IMG/VR virus record: IMGVR_UViG_2778261570_000017 | Location: 1 to 19,403 of that record | Strand: one strand, 5' to 3' | DNA: 19,403 bases | Source of the DNA: a virus | Taxonomy: Duplodnaviria; Heunggongvirae; Uroviricota; Caudoviricetes | Part shown: one piece after another, positions 1 through 5,864 of the stretch | Layout: each line of letters opens with the position of its first letter | Numbering within the stretch: position 1 is the first letter of the stretch | Program-made: the position numbers and the translations under genes | The notes under the pieces: generated by a model | What the model saw: the letters and a program-made list of their open reading frames with translations, nothing else | Told to the model about the DNA's origin: nothing | Databases searched by the model: none

Positions 1-2
1 TT

Positions 3-65
3 ACAGGTATGGAACGCATTAAGGCAGTACGTGAAATTATTCGTGAACGGGGAAAAGCAAAATGA
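3..65 (+). CDS. 3' end of an upstream CDS (reading frame 3, ...TGMERIKAVREIIRERGKAK*), partial; possibly the primase partner of the downstream Rep
   Basis: Open frame runs in from the window edge and stops at TGA 63-65, overlapping the ATG at 62 (ATGA coupling) of the next gene. Identity not determinable from 21 residues. Confidence 0.4.
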   Translation, partial: TGMERIKAVREIIRERGKAK

Positions 66-1468
66 AACTGGCACCGAACGTAAAACTGTTACCGAAAGAT
101 AAACACACTGAGGCGGTTATTTTTGCGGGTGATAATGCTCACTCCTTTGCAGAACATTACATGATTGCACAGGCCAAAAAAGCAGGCGATCCCATCCCTC
201 CGGTTTACCTGGGCCGTTATCAGTTAAGCGAACTGGACAATTTACAGATTGTTGATGAAGGACGATACAGAGCAAAGGTCATACGCGCCGGAAACCTGGA
301 CGATATGCAGATGCTGACCATTGCCACCAAACTGGCGATCGCAGGTGTCCAGGAAGCACGGTTACTTTCAGAGAATTTCGAACTGCTGGAGGACTGGAGC
401 GAGCAACTACCGCGGCTTAAAGAAACCTGGGAACGCGGGGAAAGTCTGGTCATGAATGGTGGAAAGCGAAAAATCACACTTCCCATCTCATGGGGTTCTG
501 AGGGATTCGACGCGCAGCAAAGCTACGTAATTAAGGGGCTTATTCCGGCTGAGTCATTATGCAGCACCTACGGGGCCAGCGGTTCTTATAAATCGTTCCT
601 GGCTATTTCCTGGTCGTGCCATGTTGTCACAGGTATGGCATGGGGAGGCCGCAGGGTAAGTAAGGGCGCTGTTATCTATATCGCTGGCGAAGGCAGTATG
701 GGCGTAAAACGCCGCGTTAAGGCGTGGGAGATAACCCATGACAAGGTGGTTACGGATTTGTGCATCGTTAACGCGCCTGTTTTCCCTGCATCGCCTGACT
801 ATGTGGAGCAGGTTATCAGGACTGCCGGACTTGTTAAGAGCAGAACGGGCGAAAATGTGCGGCTGATTGTGATCGACACGCTGGCCCGTTGCTTTGGTGG
901 GAATGATGAAAATGATTCCCGTGATATGGGCGCATTTATCCAGGGGTGTGACGCGATAAAGCAGGCCACAGGGGCCACGGTACTGGTGGTTCACCATTCC
1001 GGCAAGGATGAAACAAAGGGGGCGCGAGGTTCCAGCGCATTCCGCGCTGCACTGGATGCAGAGTACCGAATCAGCCGGGAAAATTCAGACGTTACAGCAC
1101 TGGTGGCGGCGTGTACGAAGATGAAGGACGCAGAGGAGCCAAAAGAGAGTGCATACGATCTTAAAAGCGTGGAGGTGTTCACCGATACAGATGGCGAAGA
1201 GATTGTGTCCATGGTGGTGATTGACGTTCCCCGCGCCCCTGCTGAACTGGAGCGCATAGAGGAGGCCGGGAACAAGACGGAAAATCACACGGCTTTATGG
1301 GGTTGTATCCGGTCGCGTATACAGCATGGTGATAAATGTACGATCCCGCTGCTACGTGATGACATGAAAAAGCTGGGATATGACACAAAACACCTTAAAC
1401 GATGGTTAGCCAAACTGGAAAAAGACGGCGTGATTTGCGTCGATGGGGATGATGTTCACCCACTGTAA
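62..1468 (+). CDS. Replication ATPase/helicase, RecA-fold (RepA/AAA_25-like)
   Basis: 468-aa ORF with Walker A-like YGASGSYKS, Walker B-like hydrophobic stretch ending in Asp (RLIVIDTLARCF) and VLVVHHSGKD. Coupled to the upstream ORF and followed immediately by an iteron array. Confidence 0.6.
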   Translation: MKLAPNVKLLPKDKHTEAVIFAGDNAHSFAEHYMIAQAKKAGDPIPPVYLGRYQLSELDNLQIVDEGRYRAKVIRAGNLDDMQMLTIATKLAIAGVQEARLLSENFELLEDWSEQLPRLKETWERGESLVMNGGKRKITLPISWGSEGFDAQQSYVIKGLIPAESLCSTYGASGSYKSFLAISWSCHVVTGMAWGGRRVSKGAVIYIAGEGSMGVKRRVKAWEITHDKVVTDLCIVNAPVFPASPDYVEQVIRTAGLVKSRTGENVRLIVIDTLARCFGGNDENDSRDMGAFIQGCDAIKQATGATVLVVHHSGKDETKGARGSSAFRAALDAEYRISRENSDVTALVAACTKMKDAEEPKESAYDLKSVEVFTDTDGEEIVSMVVIDVPRAPAELERIEEAGNKTENHTALWGCIRSRIQHGDKCTIPLLRDDMKKLGYDTKHLKRWLAKLEKDGVICVDGDDVHPL

Positions 1469-1670
1469 AAAGTGGGCGTTAAAAGTGGGAATAGTGGGTA
1501 ATTTAACTGGAATTTAACAAAATCGCCCACTTTCCCACGTGTATACATCCCAAAAAGTGGGCACTAAAAAAATACTTATGAAACAGTACGATATAAAACC
1601 ACAAAATCCCTGGTGGGACGAAGTGGGAAACCATGAAAAGTGGGCAGAAAAAGTGGGCACAGGTGGGCGC
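1468..1670. repeat. Iteron array, (A)AGTGGG(C/A) repeated about 10 times; candidate replication origin
   Basis: AGTGGG at 1471, 1484, 1493, 1556, 1622, 1639, 1652; GGTGGG at 1612 and 1662; inverted copy CCCACT at 1526-1531. Lies directly 3' of the Rep gene. Confidence 0.6.
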
Positions 1671-1922
1671 ATGACAAGAAAAACCAGAGATAAGACAGCA
1701 CCAAAATATAAAGCGTTAGACATGACAGAGCACGCCTTAAAGGTGGCAATCAGAACGATAGACCGCCACGCCGGAGAAGGATACGCGAAAGCACATCCCG
1801 AACTGATAAGCGCATTCATGACCACGGCGGCGGCAAATTTTGCCACGCTGACAGAGCGGGAGATTGCCGAAGCGGAACAGGTGACAACCATCAACGTTAA
1901 AACCGGAGAACAGACAGCATGA
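1671..1922 (+). CDS. Small hypothetical protein (about 84 aa)
   Basis: The ORF track starts at 1539, but the N-terminal 44 codons are translated iteron repeats. The ATG at 1671 follows GGTGGGCGC. Stop TGA 1920-1922 overlaps the ATG of the next gene at 1919 (ATGA). Confidence 0.45.
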   Translation: MTRKTRDKTAPKYKALDMTEHALKVAIRTIDRHAGEGYAKAHPELISAFMTTAAANFATLTEREIAEAEQVTTINVKTGEQTA

Positions 1923-2341
1923 CAGCACAGATAGCGGCTTACGGGCGGCTGGTGGCTGACCCGCAGTTAAAGACCACCAGCAAGGGGACACAAATGGCGA
2001 TGGCGAGTATGGCGGTTCCCCTGCCGTGCAGCCAGGCAGATGACGGAACGGCGACGATGTGGTTATCCGTCCTGGCGTTTGGCAGACAGGCCGACGCACT
2101 GGCCAGACACCACAAAGGCGAACTGGTGAGCGTGGCGGGTAACATGCAGGTAAGCCAGTGGACAGGCCAGAACGGCGAAACGCGGCAGGGCTGGCAGGTT
2201 ATCGCAGACAGCGTAATCAGTGCGCGAACGGCGCGACCGGGCGGCAAAAAAGGTCAACAGGGCCAGGCTACTGACGCGCTGAACAGGGCAAAACAACAGG
2301 CGGGAAATGATGATCCGTACGGGGATAACATACCGTTTTAA
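1919..2341 (+). CDS. ssb: Single-stranded DNA-binding protein (SSB)
   Basis: 140 aa, OB-fold-like N-terminal region, Gly/Gln-rich linker and acidic C-terminal tail ...DDPYGDNIPF, matching the canonical SSB C-terminus D-D-D-I-P-F. Confidence 0.8.
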   Translation: MTAQIAAYGRLVADPQLKTTSKGTQMAMASMAVPLPCSQADDGTATMWLSVLAFGRQADALARHHKGELVSVAGNMQVSQWTGQNGETRQGWQVIADSVISARTARPGGKKGQQGQATDALNRAKQQAGNDDPYGDNIPF

Positions 2342-2358
2342 GAAACGAGTGACAGAAG

Positions 2359-2380
2359 CCGGGATTTTTCCCGGTTTTTT
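2359..2380 (+). terminator. Rho-independent terminator-like hairpin after ssb
   Basis: CCGGGA (2359-2364) / TCCCGG (2369-2374), 4-nt loop, followed by TTTTTT (2375-2380). Confidence 0.6.
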
Positions 2381-2455
2381 ACGGGTCCTCCCGGTGGAGT
2401 GGCCTTGCCACGGGGCGGGAGCGTCGCGGAAAACGGCTGATTTTTGAATTTTCAT
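2378..2455 (+). other. cos-like site copy 1 (cosQ-like TTTACGGGTCCT, 35-nt spacer, cosN-like 12-mer GGGCGGGAGCGT at 2413-2424)
   Basis: Recalled lambda cos junction is TTTACGGGTCCTTTCCGGTGATCCGACAGGTTACG|GGGCGGCGACCT|CGCGGG. Here the first 12 nt match exactly, the 35-nt distance to the GC-rich 12-mer is the same, and the ACG / CGCGG flanks match. Repeated at 4898-4978. Confidence 0.6.
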
Positions 2456-2609
2456 GGGACACCACCACATCAATTAACATGTTGAAAAATAAAATAAAAA
2501 TTGATTTTCACCTGTCCAATTTTGCTTTTTGTGGGACATCTGACCAGTTTGCAATTAATTGAAATATATAAATAAATCAGTTTTTCACCTGCCTGGTGGA
2601 GTTGCCTGT
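2456..2609. repeat. Two degenerate tandem units of about 77 bp, AT-rich, each with GGGACA..., a CAAT..ATTG-type palindrome and TTTTCACCTG(T/C)C
   Basis: Unit A 2456-2532, unit B 2533-2609. GGGACAcc at 2456 and GGGACAtc at 2533. TTTTCACCTGTCC 2505-2517 and TTTTCACCTGCC 2582-2593. Palindromes CAATTAACATGTTG 2471-2484 and CAATTAATTG 2552-2561. Confidence 0.5.
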
Positions 2610-2641
2610 ATCAAAACGTGTTCAGATGGCGGGATATTTAT

Positions 2642-2664
2642 GCCGGATTTTTTCCGGCTTTTTT
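2642..2664 (+). terminator. Rho-independent terminator-like hairpin
   Basis: GCCGGA (2642-2647) / TCCGGC (2653-2658), followed by TTTTTT (2659-2664). Nearly the same hairpin as at 2359-2380. Confidence 0.55.
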
Positions 2665-2765
2665 GCGTCTGAATCTGATTAATCTATTTTTATGATAGAA
2701 ATATGTTTATCTACCACTTTTATCGATCAATAATGATGCCCGTTAATCAAAACGGAGGCGGATTT

Positions 2766-2960
2766 ATGCCAGAGAACAACACCAGAAAGCCGGGTAAAAG
2801 TGCCACTGTGCACATAGACACCGGAACGATGGAGAAGATCGAACGCTATCAGCAGTTCATCAAAGAGAATCACCCGGGTATGCCAGTACCCACGAAAGGA
2901 CAAATCACACGCAGCGCGGTTGAATACTGGTACAAGGCAACGTTAGGAGCCTGGCTATGA
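2766..2960 (+). CDS. Small protein (about 64 aa), possible ribbon-helix-helix DNA-binding fold
   Basis: GGAGG at 2754-2758 lies 7 nt before the ATG at 2766; the ORF-track start at 2703 has no RBS. Predicted strand-helix-helix pattern (ATVHID / TMEKIERYQQFIKEN / GQITRSAVEYWYKA). Stop TGA 2958-2960 overlaps the ATG at 2957 of the capsid gene. Confidence 0.45.
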   Translation: MPENNTRKPGKSATVHIDTGTMEKIERYQQFIKENHPGMPVPTKGQITRSAVEYWYKATLGAWL

Positions 2961-4873
2961 AAACATGGTTTTCCATTAAGGCGGCGGATGTGCGTGGAAC
3001 GGTGGAAATATCCATCTATGAAGAAATTGGCGGCTTCGGTATTACCGCGAAGCAGTTCTCGGAAGATCTGAAAGCCCTTGGCGATGTTTCACATATCGAC
3101 CTACGGATCCATTCGCCTGGCGGTGACGTGTTTGAAGGCATCGCCATCTATAACCTGCTACGGAATCATCCGGCAGACATTACGGTTTATATCGATGGCG
3201 TGGCGGCTTCAATGGCTTCGGTCGTCGCAATGGCTGGCGATCGCGTTGTTATGCCGGAGAACGCCATGATGATGATCCATAAGCCGTGGGGGATCTCTGG
3301 CGGAAATGCTGGCGATATGCGTGATTATGCTGATTTGCTGGATAAAGTGGAAACCGTGTTAATCCCTGCTTATGCCAGAAAAACAGGCAAATCAGCACAG
3401 GAAATTGCCGCCATGCTGGAAGATGAAACCTGGATGGACGGGAAAGAATGCCTTAAGCACGGTTTTGCTGATGAATTGTTGCCATCTGTCAGAGCAATGG
3501 CGCGAATTGAATCGAAACGCACAGGAGATTTTTTACATATGCCGGAAACCATTAAGGGAATGATTACCCCGCCGAAATCACAGGCAAAAAACACCATTAC
3601 AGGCGACCAGGAGCGCATTAACGGCATTAAAGAAATTTTTAGCGTGTTCGGCAACCAGTACGACGGGATCAAAATGTCGTGCCTTGAAGATGCATCCTGT
3701 ACGCTGGAAATGGCCCGGGAACGTCTGCTTAACGAAATGGGTAAAAACCACACACCAACAAATAAAAATATCCCGTCTCATATTTATGCCGGAAACGGGA
3801 ACATAACAGGCGATGCGATTCGCCAGGGCCTTTATTCCCGTCTTGGGTATGAGCGTCCTGAGCGTGGCAATCCTTACGCGATGATGAGTCTTTTTGAAAT
3901 GGCCCAGGCGTCACTGGTTGATCGTGGTATCAGTGTTGGCGGTTTTTTAAATCGCTCGCAGGTCGTTAATGCAGCTTTTACACACAGCAGCAGTGATTTT
4001 TCTCATATTCTGGCTGGCGGTGCTGAAAAATCAGTGCTGAAAGGCTGGCAGGACAGCGGCGAAACGTTCCAGAAGTGGACGCGTAGCGGATCGCTTTCAA
4101 ACTTTCACGAGGCAAAACGCGTTGGCCTGAATGGTTTTTCAAAACTGGATAAAGTGCCGGAAGGCGCGGAATATAAATACATTACTACCAGTGACAAGGG
4201 CGTACCTATTGCGCTGGCCACATACGGGAATATTTTTTCTGTTACCCGCCAGGCCATTATTAACGATGACCTGACCCAGTTAACTACAATCCCCATGGCG
4301 ATGGGGCGTGCAGCCGCCAGAACAGTAGGTAATCTGGTGTATCTCCTGTTAACCGGCAATGGCAAATTCACGGATGGTAAGGCGCTATTCCATGCCGATC
4401 ATAAAAATCTTATTGCGAAGGATATGGACATGGAGGGGCTTAACGAAGCCCGTAAGCTGATGCGCCTCCAGGAGGACGCTAACGGTGATTCGCTGAATAT
4501 TACCCCCGCATTTGTCCTGGTCCCCGCCGCGCTGGAGTCTGCCGCACATCGCGCCATTCTGTCATCGTCATCACTCTTTCAGGTTGATGGTGAGGGCACT
4601 ATCAATCAGAACCCCGGCATCATTAACGTGGTGAAAGATATGGCTGAGGTTATTGTTGAGCCACGTCTTGATAAGAACAATAACAAGGAGTGGTATGTAG
4701 CCGCAGCGAAAGGGATGGACACGATAGAGGTCGCTTATCTTGATGGTATTGATACGCCATATCTTGAGGAGCAGGAGGGCTTTACTGTTGATGGTGTCGC
4801 CTGGAAGGTGCGCATAGATGCAGGTGTTGCGGCCCTCGATTATCGTGGACTACTGAAATCGAGTGGAGCATGA
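2957..4873 (+). CDS. Prohead protease (ClpP/S14-like) fused to HK97-fold major capsid protein, copy 1
   Basis: 638 aa. N-terminal about 190 aa carries protease motifs (HSPGGDVFEG, DGVAASMAS, MMIHKPWG); the C-terminal region is colinear and homologous along its full length with the second copy at 8636-10696. AGGAG RBS at 2944-2948. Confidence 0.85.
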   Translation: MKTWFSIKAADVRGTVEISIYEEIGGFGITAKQFSEDLKALGDVSHIDLRIHSPGGDVFEGIAIYNLLRNHPADITVYIDGVAASMASVVAMAGDRVVMPENAMMMIHKPWGISGGNAGDMRDYADLLDKVETVLIPAYARKTGKSAQEIAAMLEDETWMDGKECLKHGFADELLPSVRAMARIESKRTGDFLHMPETIKGMITPPKSQAKNTITGDQERINGIKEIFSVFGNQYDGIKMSCLEDASCTLEMARERLLNEMGKNHTPTNKNIPSHIYAGNGNITGDAIRQGLYSRLGYERPERGNPYAMMSLFEMAQASLVDRGISVGGFLNRSQVVNAAFTHSSSDFSHILAGGAEKSVLKGWQDSGETFQKWTRSGSLSNFHEAKRVGLNGFSKLDKVPEGAEYKYITTSDKGVPIALATYGNIFSVTRQAIINDDLTQLTTIPMAMGRAAARTVGNLVYLLLTGNGKFTDGKALFHADHKNLIAKDMDMEGLNEARKLMRLQEDANGDSLNITPAFVLVPAALESAAHRAILSSSSLFQVDGEGTINQNPGIINVVKDMAEVIVEPRLDKNNNKEWYVAAAKGMDTIEVAYLDGIDTPYLEEQEGFTVDGVAWKVRIDAGVAALDYRGLLKSSGA

Positions 4874-4880
4874 CAACAAG

Positions 4881-4903
4881 GGCGGCGATAGCCGCCTTTT
4901 TTT
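4881..4903 (+). terminator. Rho-independent terminator-like hairpin after capsid copy 1
   Basis: GGCGGC (4881-4886), loop GATA, GCCGCC (4891-4896), then TTTTTTT (4897-4903). Confidence 0.6.
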
Positions 4904-4978
4904 ACGGGTCCTCCCGGTGGAGTGGCCTTGCCACGGGGCGGGAGCGGCGCGGAAAAAGGCTAGTTTTTGCATTTTCAT
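4898..4978 (+). other. cos-like site copy 2 (cosQ-like TTTACGGGTCCT at 4901-4912, cosN-like GGGCGGGAGCGG at 4936-4947)
   Basis: Direct repeat of 2378-2455 with about 5 mismatches. Sits where lambda cos sits, roughly 190 bp upstream of the Nu1-like TerS start. Confidence 0.65.
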
Positions 4979-5132
4979 TCATCATCATCATCTTTTCAAT
5001 GCATTGAATTTAAACGAATTTTATTTTTAGTATGTTAATTTTGCGTGTTTTTTGGTCAACATATAACGCACTTTATAACGCTTTTTGAGAAGGTGTTCGC
5101 AAGATGCATGTTTAAAACATTCTGGAGCGGGT
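4979..5132. promoter_or_regulatory. cosB-like AT-rich region between cosN-like site and TerS (candidate TerS/IHF binding sites)
   Basis: Perfect palindrome CAATGCATTG at 4997-5006, about 50 bp after the cosN-like 12-mer (the same family of palindrome sits 47 and 128 bp after the cos copy 1 12-mer). Also tandem ATAACGC and near-palindrome ATGTTTAAAACAT. Confidence 0.4.
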
Positions 5133-5618
5133 ATGGATCGAGAACTGAAAAATCTGATGCTGAACATTAACCAACTGGCGGCGATAGCGGGAATATGTCG
5201 TCAGACTGCGGCGGCAAGGCTGAAAAACATCCAGCCAGCCGGAGGACATGACAAGCTGAAACTCTATCGGGTGACTGACATTCTGACCTGTTTTCTTGAT
5301 CTTCCCGTTCCGGCATCACTGGAAGAAATGGAGCCACATGACCGTAAGGCCTGGTATCAGTCTGAACGTGAGCGCCTCAAGTTCGAACAGGAAACGGCGC
5401 AACTCATACCCGCCGATGATGTGCGAAAAGAGATGGCTATATGGGCGGAAATCGTAAGCGAGGAACTGGCAAAACTCCCCAGTATTCTGGCACGTGATGC
5501 GGGGCTTAAACCGATGGCAGTAAACAGAGTGCAGTCAATTATTGACGATTTGTGTAATCAGATTATCAGCCGGATGGTAAAAAATGACGCAGTGAATGAG
5601 GATGTAAAACAGGCATGA
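5133..5618 (+). CDS. Terminase small subunit (lambda Nu1-like)
   Basis: GGAG 5 nt upstream of the ATG at 5133. N-terminal LNINQLAAIAGICRQTAAARL resembles the Nu1 winged-HTH region (recalled lambda Nu1 MEVNKKQLADIFGASIRTIQNW). Position immediately downstream of cos. Confidence 0.7.
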   Translation: MDRELKNLMLNINQLAAIAGICRQTAAARLKNIQPAGGHDKLKLYRVTDILTCFLDLPVPASLEEMEPHDRKAWYQSERERLKFEQETAQLIPADDVRKEMAIWAEIVSEELAKLPSILARDAGLKPMAVNRVQSIIDDLCNQIISRMVKNDAVNEDVKQA

Positions 5619-5864
5619 TAATGACTGGCGCCGTGATCCCCCGTGCTACCGGAATCAGACTACCAGAAGGCAAACAGAAGACCACGCAGTCGGGCAGCGT
5701 CATCGTGTTAATGCATGGCGGCGTATTCTGCTTTTAATTAATATTGCTACCTTTTTTCTTTTTTTATCGCTTAGGCAGGTACTAAATCTTGGACTATGTG
5801 AATGGGGTTACAACTAAATAGTACCTTATAATCATTTAGTTACCTTTTATTTACTTCTTCCTGG

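Noticed and set aside
1453-1460. TGTTCACC, identical to the P4 alpha type I ori iteron as I recall it, with TTTCACC variants at 2507 and 2584
   Set aside because: Only one exact copy, and the Rep here is not a fused P4 alpha-type primase-helicase. Too little to call a P4-like ori or crr.
1539-1670. ORF-track start at 1539 for the small gene upstream of ssb
   Set aside because: The N-terminal 44 codons are translated iteron repeats (AAGTGGG); the start was trimmed to 1671.
2665-2765. Possible promoter for the capsid cassette between the terminator and the small ORF
   Set aside because: A TATGAT hexamer exists (2691-2696) but no acceptable -35 at proper spacing; not called.
4880-4888. GGGCGGCGA, matching the first 9 nt of lambda cosN, inside the hairpin after capsid copy 1
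   Set aside because: It lies upstream of the cosQ-like TTTACGGGTCCT, not 35 nt downstream of it, and forms the stem of a terminator hairpin. Probably a coincidental GC-rich stem; the cosN-like 12-mer at the conserved spacing is 4936-4947.
5788-5831. Possible sigma70 promoter in the AT-rich scar (TTGGAC ... TATAAT-like hexamer at 5826-5831)
   Set aside because: Spacer lengths between candidate -35 and -10 elements are 14 or 20 bp, not 16-18; not convincing without transcript data.
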